DNA of 64,000 bases from Nibricoccus sp. (GCA_047602425.1 JASGHG010000001.1:1312001-1376000), one strand, 5' to 3'; positions 21,139 through 31,860 are shown, numbered from the stretch's first letter. The notes: generated from the sequence alone by a model not told the origin. Numbers and translations are program-made.

Positions 21139-22248
21139 TCAACGCATCCGCAGGAAGAAAAAGCCACCTGCTGTCAGCATCACCACGCTCGGCAGCAATG
21201 CCGCCGTCTGCGGTTCGATAACCAGACGCGTGCCCAGCGCATCGGCGGTTTTCATCAGGATAAAATACACCACGAACAGTCCGATCGATTTTGAGACACC
21301 GACCGCCGGATTCACGCGCACGCCGGTCATCGCAAAGGGAATCGCCAGAGCCAACACGATCAGCGGCGAGAGCGTTTCCGCCAGCAGCCCGAAATAACGC
21401 ACGGCGTAGGCCGTGGCTTTCGGGTTATCTTCAATTTTAAAATATTCGATGATGCGGCGCAGATCGTAGAACGAAAGATCGCTCGGCTTGCGGTCAAATA
21501 CCATCATGAGTTCCGGATCCTCGCTGTAATGCGGCATCTTCTTTTCCTGAAAGGCAACGGTTCGGGTAAGTTCGCCCGTCTCCGGATCGAGCCAGGTTTC
21601 CCGCCCATCGTAAAAGGTCCAGCCGCCGTGTTCCTGATGCAGCGCTGTTTTCGCGCGAATGCGCGTCTTCTCACGATGTTTATCGTCGAGCTCTGATACG
21701 GAAACGCCAAATCCGCGCTGTTCGTATTTGCTAAAGCGGTTCATGCACCACATCCGCCGTTGCTTCTGATTGTCGAATGTGATCACGCCCGTCAGGCCGA
21801 CATTCGCCGCCGCCGCCACTTTTGCGTCACTGCGGAATTGAATCTGTTCAAACATTCGACGCGATTCGTCCACCGACCACGGTACAATCGTGGAGTTGAG
21901 CGCATAAACCAGCCCGCAAAACACAAAGCCGGCGAACCAGATGCTGCGCGTGATGCGAAAAACTCCCACGCCCGCCGCGCGCATGGCTGTGATCTCATTG
22001 TTGCGGTGTAGCTGTCCGAGCGAATACAACAGTGAAACCAACAGGGTGAGCGGCAGGATCGTGCCGAAATATCCCGGCACTTTGATCGCAAAGTAGATCA
22101 CCAATTCCATGGCACTCGCACCTCGATCGCGCAAATCGCCAAAATCCTCATACATCGCCTGCATGAGCAAAAGCCCCAACGTGGCGCCCATCACAAGCGC
22201 GAGCGTCATCAGCCATTCGCGCAAAACATGTCGGTCAATGAGGTTCAA
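21139..22248 (-). CDS. LptF/LptG family LPS export permease
   Basis: LIDRHVLRE, LHRNNEITAMRAAGV, six-TM layout with periplasmic domain. Confidence 0.9.
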   Translation of the reverse strand: MNLIDRHVLREWLMTLALVMGATLGLLLMQAMYEDFGDLRDRGASAMELVIYFAIKVPGYFGTILPLTLLVSLLYSLGQLHRNNEITAMRAAGVGVFRITRSIWFAGFVFCGLVYALNSTIVPWSVDESRRMFEQIQFRSDAKVAAAANVGLTGVITFDNQKQRRMWCMNRFSKYEQRGFGVSVSELDDKHREKTRIRAKTALHQEHGGWTFYDGRETWLDPETGELTRTVAFQEKKMPHYSEDPELMMVFDRKPSDLSFYDLRRIIEYFKIEDNPKATAYAVRYFGLLAETLSPLIVLALAIPFAMTGVRVNPAVGVSKSIGLFVVYFILMKTADALGTRLVIEPQTAALLPSVVMLTAGGFFFLRMR

Positions 22249-22320
22249 TTCGCTGCATCAAAACTTCCGCCCGCCATTTGGCAAAACCCAAAAAAACAGG
22301 CAGCACGAAACTTTCGGAAG

Positions 22321-22437
22321 CGCGCATGGACGCGAATAAACGCGAATGCCTGAAGAAAAATCCCCCATCTGCAGCGTTCGTGCATATGCAATCCGCCTTC
22401 TTCCTCAAAAATTCGCGTTTATTCGCGTCCATGCGCG
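22321..22437. repeat. Perfect 27-bp inverted repeat enclosing 63 bp
   Basis: CGCGCATGGACGCGAATAAACGCGAAT (22321-22347) and ATTCGCGTTTATTCGCGTCCATGCGCG (22411-22437). Confidence 0.9.
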
Positions 22438-22542
22438 GTTAAAAAAAACTTCCGAACTGTTCGACATTTTTCCGCCAACCCCCTCGACCCCAGCATTGCC
22501 GTCCCCTCCCGCCCCGGCACACTTCAACTCCCTTTCCCAGCC

Positions 22543-25158
22543 ATGATCTCCCGCCTGCTCCGCCTCGCCCCGCTCGCTTTCGTCACGTTGCTTTCCCTCC
22601 GTGCTGCCGAACCATCTCCCTGGCCCACACCCACCGCCGAGATGAAGCCGTGGACCCGTTGGTGGTGGCCCGCCAGCGCCGTCGACCAGGAAAACCTCAC
22701 GCGCGAGCTCACGTCGTTCGCCGAGGCCGGACTCGGCGGCGTCGAAATCACGCCGATCTATGGCGCGAAAGGTTTCGAAAAACGCTTCATCCCGTTCCTC
22801 TCTCCGCAATATGTCGACATGCTGGCTTTCACCGGCGCTGAAGCCAAGCGCCTCGGCCTCAAAGTCGACATGGCCACCGGCACCGGCTGGCCCTTCGGCG
22901 GACCGCAAGTCACCGCGGCCGACGCCGAGCTCCAAATCGAAGTAAAGGAAGGCCAACTCGTCGCCTCCCCCACCAAGTTCAAGGTCAAACGCTCTGCCCC
23001 CGGCGGCGAGGGCCTCGTCGTCAACCCGTACTCCACCGCCTCGCTCGCCAATTATTTAAAACCCTTCGAAGCCGCCTTCGCCAACCTTCCCAAAGGCACA
23101 ATCAATTCCCAGTTCCACGACTCCTTCGAGTACAAGGCCAACTGGTCCTCCGAGTTCGAGACCAAGTTCAAGGCCATGCACGGCTACGATCTCCGCGACC
23201 ACGCCGCCGAGTTCGGCGGCCAGGGGGAACCAGACGCTATCGCCCGCATCAAATCCGACTACCGCGAAACCCTCAACGCCCTGCACCTCGATTACGTTCG
23301 CGCCTGGGTCGATTGGGCGCACAAAAACGGCCAGCTCGCCCGCAACCAAGCCCACGGCGCCCCCGCCAACCTGCTCGATCTCTACGCACTCTCCGATATT
23401 CCCGAGACCGAGATCTTCGGCTCGCTCGAATATCCCATCCCCGGCTTCCGCAGCACGCCCGACGAACTGAGCTACAACAAACCGCAACCTCTAATCGCCC
23501 GCTTTGCCTCGTCCGCCGCGCACGTCACCGGCAAGAAACTCGTTTCCTCCGAAACCTTCACCTGGCTCCGCCAACATTTCCACGAAGCCCCGTCGCAGAT
23601 GAAGCCCGAGCTCGACCAACTCTTCCTCGCCGGCATCAACCACGTCTTCTACCACGGCACTTGCTATTCGCCCTCCGATGCGCCGTGGCCCGGCTGGCTC
23701 TTCTACGCCTCCACCCAGTACAACGACCGCAATGCCCTCTGGCGCGACCTCGGCGAAGGCCTCAACGCCTACATCACCCGCTGCCAATCGCTCCTCCAAC
23801 AAGGCGAACCCGACACCGACGTCCTCGTCTACTGGCCCGTCTACGACCTCTGGCACAACGCCGAAGGCACCGACATGCGCTTCAGCATGCACGACGCGAA
23901 ATGGATCACGGAAACGTCAGCCGGGAAACTCGCACAGGCTCTTCTGGACGGCGGCACTCAGTTCGATTTTGTTTCCGACGCACAACTCGCTGTTTTAGGT
24001 ACAATGGGAGGTTTGGCAAAGGCAGGAAAAAAAGGCGGGGACGTCCATGATCTTATATTTGTGCCGAAGACAACGCACCTTCCGCCCGCCACGCTAAAGA
24101 TCTTAATCGATCTCGCAGCTGCCGGTGCACGGGTATATTTCGAAGAGAACCTGCCGACAGACGCCCCCGGACTGCAGGATCTTGAGGCACGTCGCAAAGA
24201 GATCGAAAAACAACGCTCGCGTCTCTCGTTCAACGAAAAAATGGAAAATGGCCTGCATCTTGCCTTCATTGGAAACGGAATCGTGGGCATCGGCCCGCGC
24301 GACAATCTCCTCCGCAATGTCCCCCACGAAGAGCTCGCGTCGAAAGGCCTGCAGTTCCTGCGTCGTAGACTACCAAATGGCATGTCGGAGTATTTCGTGG
24401 CCAATCTCCATAACACTCCAGTCGCAGAATGGGTAACACTCAACAGCGGTGGATTTTCCGCGTTGTTGCTCGATCCGCGTACCGGAGCAATCGGCAACGC
24501 TGCCGTACGCAGTTATAAAAACGGCCTCAGTGTTTTTCTCCAACTTGCCCCCGGCGAATCGGTTTTCATTAAAACCCAGCCAAACCGTTCCAAACCGACT
24601 TGGAGCTATGTGCACAACAAAAGTACCCAGACTAACATCGGTCAGTCTTGGTCCGTCACCTTCCTCCGCGGCGGGCCCGAACTACCGCCTGCCTACAAAA
24701 CCTCCGAGCTGAAATCCTGGACCGAGCAAGGCGGCGAAGCCGAGCGCTTCGCCGGCACCGCACGCTACGAGACCGAATTCGAAATCCCCGCCGGCGTCGC
24801 AGCCGACGAATGGCAGCTCGACCTCGGCGACGTCCGCGAGACGGCCCGCGTCTTCGTCAATGGCAAGCAGGTCGAACTCCTCTGGTCGTTGCCCTTCCGC
24901 ACCAAGATCGGCGCGTTCCTCAAGCCCGGCAAAAACACCCTCGCGATCGAAGTCACCAACCTCTCCGCCAACCGCATCCGCGATTTGGACAAGCGCGGTG
25001 TGGTCTGGAAGAATTTCTACGAAATCAATTTCGTAAACCCGCACTACCAGAAGCTCGACGCCTCCACCTGGCCGATCATGCCCTCCGGCCTCCTCGATCC
25101 CGTCACGCTCACTCCCCTCAAAAAATTCGATCCCACTGCAGACCCGAAACAACCATAG
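22543..25158 (+). CDS. Secreted GH106-like glycoside hydrolase (alpha-L-rhamnosidase family)
   Basis: Signal peptide, KPWTRWWW, GLGGVEI, GWPFGGP, DSFE, SSETFTW, C-terminal LDLGDV...LAIEVTN...PSGLL. Confidence 0.85.
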   Translation: MISRLLRLAPLAFVTLLSLRAAEPSPWPTPTAEMKPWTRWWWPASAVDQENLTRELTSFAEAGLGGVEITPIYGAKGFEKRFIPFLSPQYVDMLAFTGAEAKRLGLKVDMATGTGWPFGGPQVTAADAELQIEVKEGQLVASPTKFKVKRSAPGGEGLVVNPYSTASLANYLKPFEAAFANLPKGTINSQFHDSFEYKANWSSEFETKFKAMHGYDLRDHAAEFGGQGEPDAIARIKSDYRETLNALHLDYVRAWVDWAHKNGQLARNQAHGAPANLLDLYALSDIPETEIFGSLEYPIPGFRSTPDELSYNKPQPLIARFASSAAHVTGKKLVSSETFTWLRQHFHEAPSQMKPELDQLFLAGINHVFYHGTCYSPSDAPWPGWLFYASTQYNDRNALWRDLGEGLNAYITRCQSLLQQGEPDTDVLVYWPVYDLWHNAEGTDMRFSMHDAKWITETSAGKLAQALLDGGTQFDFVSDAQLAVLGTMGGLAKAGKKGGDVHDLIFVPKTTHLPPATLKILIDLAAAGARVYFEENLPTDAPGLQDLEARRKEIEKQRSRLSFNEKMENGLHLAFIGNGIVGIGPRDNLLRNVPHEELASKGLQFLRRRLPNGMSEYFVANLHNTPVAEWVTLNSGGFSALLLDPRTGAIGNAAVRSYKNGLSVFLQLAPGESVFIKTQPNRSKPTWSYVHNKSTQTNIGQSWSVTFLRGGPELPPAYKTSELKSWTEQGGEAERFAGTARYETEFEIPAGVAADEWQLDLGDVRETARVFVNGKQVELLWSLPFRTKIGAFLKPGKNTLAIEVTNLSANRIRDLDKRGVVWKNFYEINFVNPHYQKLDASTWPIMPSGLLDPVTLTPLKKFDPTADPKQP

Positions 25159-25228
25159 CCGCACCTCGCCTCGTAAGAAGTAACGACGGCCCCCGTTTGC
25201 TGCCAATCTCCGCCCCTCACCCCGATCC

Positions 25229-25355
25229 CAGAGTAACCTATTAGGTTACTCTTTAGCTCCCCATGCCACCGCAAGCTATGGGACATTTCCGAGCCATTTT
25301 CTATCCGCCGGTGAGCCTGCGTCTGAACGACAGAGTAACCTATTAGGTTACTCTG
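25229..25355. repeat. Palindrome doublet: CAGAGTAACCTATTAGGTTACTCT at 25229 and 25331
   Basis: Two identical 24-bp copies 102 bp apart, each containing a perfect palindrome around a central T. Confidence 0.88.
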
Positions 25356-25449
25356 GGCCGGTTCATTTTGCCTTTTCTACGTTTCGCGCCCCTCGAACCG
25401 CCGAGGCCAAAGTCCTCCTCTAAATCGGGGTCAATTTACGCCGATATAG

Positions 25450-28400
25450 GTGCTTACATTTCACACTAAGATCGGATCAATGTTTTCCCGTTTTCTGCTC
25501 ACCCGTGTCGTCCGCCCGTCGAGTCATGCCGCATATGTCGGCGTGTTCCTGCGCTGCATGACGCTGGCCATCCTGTTGTTATCCATTTTCTCCGGCATAC
25601 CGGTCGCCGCGCAAGACGACAAAATCAGCGATGGGGCGACTCCGGCCAAGATCGTCACCAGCATGCGCGAATTCTGGGGCACGCCGATCGAACTGCGGCA
25701 GGTCCCCCAGCGCTTGCGCATCGAAATCGATATCGTCTACTACGACCCCGAATGGAAAATGATTTGGGGCCGCTGTCAGGGCGAAGGCTACTACATGAGC
25801 GCGGGCGATCGCACTTTCCTGTTCCGAGCCGGGCAACGCATCCTCGCCGAGGGTCCAATGATCCCCACCGAAGGCCCGTCGTTGGCCAATGCTCAAGTCA
25901 CCATTCTTGGCGACACGCCGCCCGCTACACCTGCCGTCGCGACCGACGAAATCGGCAACATCGCAAAATTCCAAAAAAGCGTCGTCTCCCTTGAAGGCTA
26001 CGTCCAACGCCTCACCCGGACCGATGAGCATCACGTCAGCGTCGATATCCTGTGCAATAACATTCTCGTCAATTGCGTCACGCCGGTGTCAAACCAGGAT
26101 ATAACGCCAAATCTCGTCGATTCGCTCGTCCGCGTCACCGGCTTCTACCATGCCAAGACCGACGCTTCCGGCCAGCTCGCCCAGCTCGAAATGTGGGTGC
26201 CCCGCCTTTCCAACTACGAACCCACCGGTTCGATCGTCGACGAGCCTCGTTTTGCCAAGCCTCCCGTTACCACGGTTGAAAATCTCCTCCACGCACCCGC
26301 CGGCCAGCCTGTTCTGGTCCGTGGCGTCGTCCACGAGTTCATCGCCGGCAAATCCGTCTCCGTGCGGGATGCCACCGGCCAGGTGAAAATCCTCACCCGC
26401 CAGACCCGCTACCTTTCGCCAGGTACAACGATCGAAGCCGTCGGTCTTCCTTCGCTCGTCGGCACCAACTGGGCCCTGTCCGACGGCTTCTACCGCATCG
26501 TCAGCTTCGCCCCCGGCACGCAGGATTCCGTCGATGGCGTGATCCGCCTCGCCGAGCAGGTCCTCGCCCTCAATCCCGAACTAGCCGCCACCGGCCAATC
26601 CGTAAAAATCCGCGGAGCCGTGAGCTGGATCCGGGGCAGCGCCGACTATATTTACCTCCAGGACGCCACCGCCGGCATCCGCGTCAATCTGCCGCCCAAA
26701 TTCAAGCCCAGCCGCGGCATGATGAATTCCCTCATGGAAGTGAGCGGAAAGACCATGAGGGGAAATTTTGCCCCCGAGATCGTCGCCGACCAGATCGTCG
26801 CCCTCGGGCCGAGCACCCTTGCAACGCCGCGCCCGATCACGCTCGAACATGCTTTGACCGGTGTCGACGAAAGCCAACTCGTTGAGCTGACCGGCTATCT
26901 CCGCGCCGTGAAACACGAGGGAAACTGGAGCGAACTTTCGCTGACCAGCGCCACCGGCGAATTCGTCGTGCGCCTCCCTCTTTACGAAGAAATTTCCAAG
27001 CTCGTCGGTTCCACCGTCCGCGCCACCGGCGTCTGCGTCGCCCAGACCAATGATCGCCGGGAGCTCACCGGCATCGCCTTGCTCGCCTCCAGCCAGGACG
27101 ACATTAAGGTCGAGGAACCCGCCCCTGCCGATCTATTCGATATCCCTAATCGCACGATTTCCAGTCTTCTCCTCTATAGCCCCATTCAGGCCTTCAACCG
27201 GCGTGTCCGCATCACCGGGCAGGTCATCCACCACGCTCCGGGCCGCTATCTTCATATCCAGGACGGCCTCTCCGGCATGCTCGTGCTCAGTCGCGGCACC
27301 GATCCGCTCAAGCCCGGCGATCACGTTGAAATCTCCGGCCTTCCCGGACGCGATGCCAACCGCCTTGTTCTCCGCGAGGCCGTCTACCGCCGGCTCAAGC
27401 CCGGCGCCGAGCCCGCGCCCACGCCGCTTCCTGTCTCCAGCCGCATCATCAAGGACCTCGACGGCCAGTTGGTCACCGTGCAGGGCCACGTGCTCGAATC
27501 CAACCACGACAAGGAGGAAAATTCCCTGCTCCTTCAAAACAGCGCCACCACCTTCACCGCCAGGCTCGAAAATGCCAAACCACTTACCACGCCCACAGGC
27601 GCGGAGATAAAGATCACCGGCGTCTACCAAGTGGATTTTGACGAATACCGCCAGCCCCGCTCCTTCTATATCCGGCTTCGCACTCCGGCCGACATCTCCA
27701 TCCTCAAAAATCCCGCTTGGTGGACGACCGGCCGCGCCCTGCTCGCCGTCGGGCTGCTCCTCGGAGTCGTCCTACTCTCGTTCACCTGGCTCTCCATCCT
27801 CCGCCGTCGCGTGCAGCAGCAGACCGACCGTATCCGTGAACAGCTTGAAAAGCAGGCCATTCTCGAGGCGCGCCATTCCGACATCGTCGAACACGCCAGC
27901 GATTTCATTTTCACCCTCGATACCACGGGCCGCTTCACCTCGTTCAACTCCGCCGGCGAGCGCATCACCGGCTATTCCCGCGACGAGGCGCTCTCGCTTA
28001 ATATCCGCGATCTCATCGCTCCCGACCATGCCGGCGAGCCGCTTCCCATTTTCGGCCTCCAAGCCGAACTAGACGGTATCGTTAATTTCCAGACCCGTTT
28101 CAAAACCAAGGACAACCGCCTCATCTGGATCGAGACCAATGCCCGCGTTATCCGCCAGCATGGGCAGCCTCCCGGCATCCTCGGCGTCGCCCGCGATATC
28201 ACCGATCGCAAGCAAATCGAAGAAGATCTCCTCCGCGCCCGTGACGCCGCCGAAGCCAACACCCGCGCCAAGTCCGCCTTCCTCGCCAACATGAGCCACG
28301 AGATCCGCACGCCAATGAACGGCGTCATCGGCATGAGCAATCTCCTGCTCAACACCCGTCTCAGCGAAGAGCAGCGCGATTTCGCCGACGCCATCCGCCA

Positions 28401-29859
28401 CTCCGCCGAATCTCTTCTCACCGTCCTCAATGACATTCTCGATTTCTCCAAGATCGAAGCCGGCAAGCTCCAGTTCGACACCGCCGACTTCGATCTCGCC
28501 GAAACAGTTGAAATCAGCCTCGAACTTCTTGCCGCCCGCGCCGCCGAAAAACGCATCGAGCTCGCCTCGTATCTTCCGCACGGACTCCCGCGTTTTCTCC
28601 GCGGCGACCCCGGACGAATCGGCCAGGTCCTCGTCAATCTCGTCGGTAACGCCATCAAGTTCACTGCCCATGGCGAGGTCACCGTCGCCGTCGCGGTCGA
28701 AAATGAAAATGAGCACGACGTCCGCCTGCTTTTCGAGATCACCGACACCGGCACCGGCATAGATCCGTCCGTGCTCGAAACGCTTTTCCAGCCCTTCAAA
28801 CAGGCCGACAGCTCGACCACCCGCAAATTCGGCGGCACCGGCCTGGGACTGGCCATCAGCAAACAGATCGTCAACCTCATGGACGGTCAGATCGGCGTCC
28901 GCAGTACGCTCGGCAAGGGTTCCACCTTCTGGTTTACCATCCACCTTAACAAACAACCGGGCCGAACCAACCGCAACCTCACGCCAGCACCAAGCTCCCC
29001 GCTCGCCAGTGCCCGGATTCTGATCGTCGACGACAACGCCACCACGCGCAAAATCCTCCACCAATACACCACCGGTTGGAATTTGCGCTCCGAAGTCGCG
29101 ACCTCCGCCGCCACCGCCCTCGTCCTCATGCGCGCCGCCGCGACCGCTGGCGACCCCTACAAACTCGTACTCGTCGATTACAGGATGCCCGACGTGGATG
29201 GCCTGCAACTCATCCATGAAATTCAACGCGACATCTCCCTCGCCGAATCGCGCCTCATCCTCCTGACAACTTGGGACTGCCGCTTCAGCCGCGACGAGCT
29301 CACGCAACACGGCGTTTCGCGCATGCTCGTCAAACCCGTCCGCCAGCAGGACCTGTACGAAGCGCTTCAGAAATGCATGCGGTATGGTTCGGTTTCCTCC
29401 GCCGGGCTCTCCCGCAACCCACCCTCGGCATTCGACACCGATCCGACCGAGCACACCCCTTACAAAACCCGTCCGCTACGCATCCTCGTCGCCGAGGATA
29501 ACGTCGTTAACCAGCGCGTCTCCCGCATGCAGCTCAAAAACCTCGGTCATTCCGTGGACATCGCCGCTCACGGCCTTGAGGTTCTCGAACTGATCGAGCG
29601 CAACGAATACGACGTTATTTTCATGGATTGCCAGATGCCCGAGCTCGACGGTTACGATACCACCCGCCGTATTCGAAAACACGCTACACAATCCCACCTG
29701 CGCATCGTCGCCATGACCGCCAACGCCATGCAGGGCGACCGCGAGCGTTGCATCGAGGCCGGCATGGACGACTACGTCACCAAGCCCACCCGCCCCGACG
29801 ATCTCGCCAACGCCCTTCAGCGCTGTCAGGACGCCCTCGACACCCATCCACCCACCTAA
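25450..29859 (+). CDS. Hybrid sensor histidine kinase (large periplasmic region, TM, PAS, HisKA, HATPase, two REC domains)
   Basis: NMSHEIRTPMNG, NLVGNAIKFT, GGTGLGL, LVDYRMP, FMDCQMP; start may be 25480 or 25558. Confidence 0.92.
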   Translation: MLTFHTKIGSMFSRFLLTRVVRPSSHAAYVGVFLRCMTLAILLLSIFSGIPVAAQDDKISDGATPAKIVTSMREFWGTPIELRQVPQRLRIEIDIVYYDPEWKMIWGRCQGEGYYMSAGDRTFLFRAGQRILAEGPMIPTEGPSLANAQVTILGDTPPATPAVATDEIGNIAKFQKSVVSLEGYVQRLTRTDEHHVSVDILCNNILVNCVTPVSNQDITPNLVDSLVRVTGFYHAKTDASGQLAQLEMWVPRLSNYEPTGSIVDEPRFAKPPVTTVENLLHAPAGQPVLVRGVVHEFIAGKSVSVRDATGQVKILTRQTRYLSPGTTIEAVGLPSLVGTNWALSDGFYRIVSFAPGTQDSVDGVIRLAEQVLALNPELAATGQSVKIRGAVSWIRGSADYIYLQDATAGIRVNLPPKFKPSRGMMNSLMEVSGKTMRGNFAPEIVADQIVALGPSTLATPRPITLEHALTGVDESQLVELTGYLRAVKHEGNWSELSLTSATGEFVVRLPLYEEISKLVGSTVRATGVCVAQTNDRRELTGIALLASSQDDIKVEEPAPADLFDIPNRTISSLLLYSPIQAFNRRVRITGQVIHHAPGRYLHIQDGLSGMLVLSRGTDPLKPGDHVEISGLPGRDANRLVLREAVYRRLKPGAEPAPTPLPVSSRIIKDLDGQLVTVQGHVLESNHDKEENSLLLQNSATTFTARLENAKPLTTPTGAEIKITGVYQVDFDEYRQPRSFYIRLRTPADISILKNPAWWTTGRALLAVGLLLGVVLLSFTWLSILRRRVQQQTDRIREQLEKQAILEARHSDIVEHASDFIFTLDTTGRFTSFNSAGERITGYSRDEALSLNIRDLIAPDHAGEPLPIFGLQAELDGIVNFQTRFKTKDNRLIWIETNARVIRQHGQPPGILGVARDITDRKQIEEDLLRARDAAEANTRAKSAFLANMSHEIRTPMNGVIGMSNLLLNTRLSEEQRDFADAIRHSAESLLTVLNDILDFSKIEAGKLQFDTADFDLAETVEISLELLAARAAEKRIELASYLPHGLPRFLRGDPGRIGQVLVNLVGNAIKFTAHGEVTVAVAVENENEHDVRLLFEITDTGTGIDPSVLETLFQPFKQADSSTTRKFGGTGLGLAISKQIVNLMDGQIGVRSTLGKGSTFWFTIHLNKQPGRTNRNLTPAPSSPLASARILIVDDNATTRKILHQYTTGWNLRSEVATSAATALVLMRAAATAGDPYKLVLVDYRMPDVDGLQLIHEIQRDISLAESRLILLTTWDCRFSRDELTQHGVSRMLVKPVRQQDLYEALQKCMRYGSVSSAGLSRNPPSAFDTDPTEHTPYKTRPLRILVAEDNVVNQRVSRMQLKNLGHSVDIAAHGLEVLELIERNEYDVIFMDCQMPELDGYDTTRRIRKHATQSHLRIVAMTANAMQGDRERCIEAGMDDYVTKPTRPDDLANALQRCQDALDTHPPT

Positions 29860-30012
29860 GTTTTGGCCGTTTCCTAGGAAGACGGCGCCCACCGTCGCCC
29901 CCGCCGACTCGAAATCCGCAGCTTCGGCCGGTAGGTGACAAAAATCCCCCTCTTGATTTTTTCCAGAGCCCGCTACAATGGCGGGCTCTTTTCATTTACA
30001 ACCATCCCAACC

Positions 30013-31860
30013 ATGTCGACCGCCACTCCTCAAAAGTTCGAGTTCCAAACCGAGATCAAGCAACTCCTCGATATCGTCATCCACTCGCTCTACACGGAGA
30101 AAGAAATCTTCGTGCGCGAGCTGGTCTCCAACGCCTCCGATGCCTTGGAAAAACTCCGTCACATCCAGTTGACGGAAAAGGAAATCTTCGACGACAAGCT
30201 CGACCTCGAAATTAACATCATCACCGACGACAAAGCGAAGACGATCACGATTCAGGACTTCGGTCTCGGCATGTCGCGCGCCGAGCTCATCGAAAATCTT
30301 GGCACCATCGCCCACTCCGGTTCGAAGGCCTTCCTCAAAGCCCTTGGCGAATCCGGTCAGAAAAATGCCAACCTCATCGGCCAGTTCGGCGTTGGCTTTT
30401 ACTCGGCCTTCATGGTCGCGAAATCGGTGAAAGTTTATTCGCATTCCTGGCGCGCCAGCGAACCCGGCCACGTCTGGACCAGCGATGGCTCTGGCACCTA
30501 CGAAATCGAACCAAGCGAAGGCGAACGCCGCGGCACCAAGATCGTCATCGAGCTCAAGGACGAATGCGCCGAATTCGCCCAGGATTCGAAGATCAAAGAA
30601 ATTTTGGAGCGTTACAGCGCGTTCGTCTCTCATCCCATCAATCTCAACGCAAAACGCATCAACACGATCCAGGCCCTCTGGCTCCGCAACAAAAACGAGA
30701 TCAAGGACGAGGAATACACCGAGTTCTACAAGTTCCAAGCCCACGCCTACGACGAGCCGCGCCTTCGCCTGCATTTCAGCGCCGACGCCCCGCTGTCGAT
30801 CAACGCCCTTCTTTTCGTGCCGAAGGAAAACCCGGAGCGTTTCGGCCTCATGCGTGCCGAACCAAGCGTTTCGCTCTATTGCCGCAAGGTCATGATCGAC
30901 GCCAAACCGAAGGATCTCCTCCCCGAGTGGCTGCGTTTCCTCAAGGGCGTTGTCGATAGCGAGGATCTCCCCCTCAACATCTCGCGCGAGACGATGCAGG
31001 ACAAAGCCCTCATCGAAAAACTGAACAAGGTCATTACAAAACGCTTCCTGAAATTCCTCGAAGAGGAAGCAAAGAACCGAGTCGATGCCTACAACGAATT
31101 CTACTCGCAGTTCGGCATTTTCCTGAAGGAGGGCGCCGCGATGGATTTCACCCACAAGGAGCAGATCACGAAGCTGCTCCGCTTCGAGTCGTCGCTCACC
31201 GAAAAAGGCAAAACGACGTCGCTCGCCGACTACGTTTCGCGCATGCAGAGCGAACAGAAGGAAATTTATTACCTCATCGGCGCCAGCCGCGAATCGATCG
31301 AGAACGGTCCGTATCTCGAAGGTTTCAAGGCCCGCAATCTCGAAGTCCTCTTCTGCTACGAGTCGGTCGACGAATACGTGATGAACAATGTCCGCGAATT
31401 CGACGGCAAAAAATTGACCGCCGCCGATCACGCCGACGTGAAGCTCTCCGATATTCCTCAACAAACCGAAGGCGCGCTCAGCGAAACCGAAACCAAATCC
31501 TTGGTGGAATTTCTTAAAAAATCCCTCGAGGCCCGCGGCGTCGCGGAGGTCAAGGCCAGCGACCGTCTGGTCGACTCGCCCGCGCTCGCCCTCAACGCCG
31601 ACAAATTCATGTCGCCCCACATGCGCCGCATGATGAAGGCCATGAACAAGGACGGCGCCAACACTCCTCTCCGCGTGAACCTCGAAATCAATTCGCGCCA
31701 CGCCGTCATCAAACGCCTCGCCGCCGCCCAAACCGCCTCGCCCGAAAAAGCCGCGCTCATCGCCGAGCAAATCCTCGACAATGCCCTCATTTCCGCCGGC
31801 CTGCTCGAAGATGCCACTGCGATGGTAAAGCGCCTCTACAAGCTGCTGGAAACGGTCTAA
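30013..31860 (+). CDS. htpG: Chaperone HtpG (Hsp90)
   Basis: EIFVRELVSNASDA, IGQFGVGFYSAF, DLPLNISRE. Confidence 0.97.
   Translation: MSTATPQKFEFQTEIKQLLDIVIHSLYTEKEIFVRELVSNASDALEKLRHIQLTEKEIFDDKLDLEINIITDDKAKTITIQDFGLGMSRAELIENLGTIAHSGSKAFLKALGESGQKNANLIGQFGVGFYSAFMVAKSVKVYSHSWRASEPGHVWTSDGSGTYEIEPSEGERRGTKIVIELKDECAEFAQDSKIKEILERYSAFVSHPINLNAKRINTIQALWLRNKNEIKDEEYTEFYKFQAHAYDEPRLRLHFSADAPLSINALLFVPKENPERFGLMRAEPSVSLYCRKVMIDAKPKDLLPEWLRFLKGVVDSEDLPLNISRETMQDKALIEKLNKVITKRFLKFLEEEAKNRVDAYNEFYSQFGIFLKEGAAMDFTHKEQITKLLRFESSLTEKGKTTSLADYVSRMQSEQKEIYYLIGASRESIENGPYLEGFKARNLEVLFCYESVDEYVMNNVREFDGKKLTAADHADVKLSDIPQQTEGALSETETKSLVEFLKKSLEARGVAEVKASDRLVDSPALALNADKFMSPHMRRMMKAMNKDGANTPLRVNLEINSRHAVIKRLAAAQTASPEKAALIAEQILDNALISAGLLEDATAMVKRLYKLLETV

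Noticed and set aside
23911..24650. Diversity-generating retroelement as the cause of the codon anomaly
   Set aside because: No reverse transcriptase or template/variable repeat pair in the window, and the block is long and internal
29860..30012. CIRCE heat-shock operator upstream of htpG
   Set aside because: No TTAGCACTC-N9-GAGTGCTAA; only a TAGGTGACAA half-site of the palindrome family
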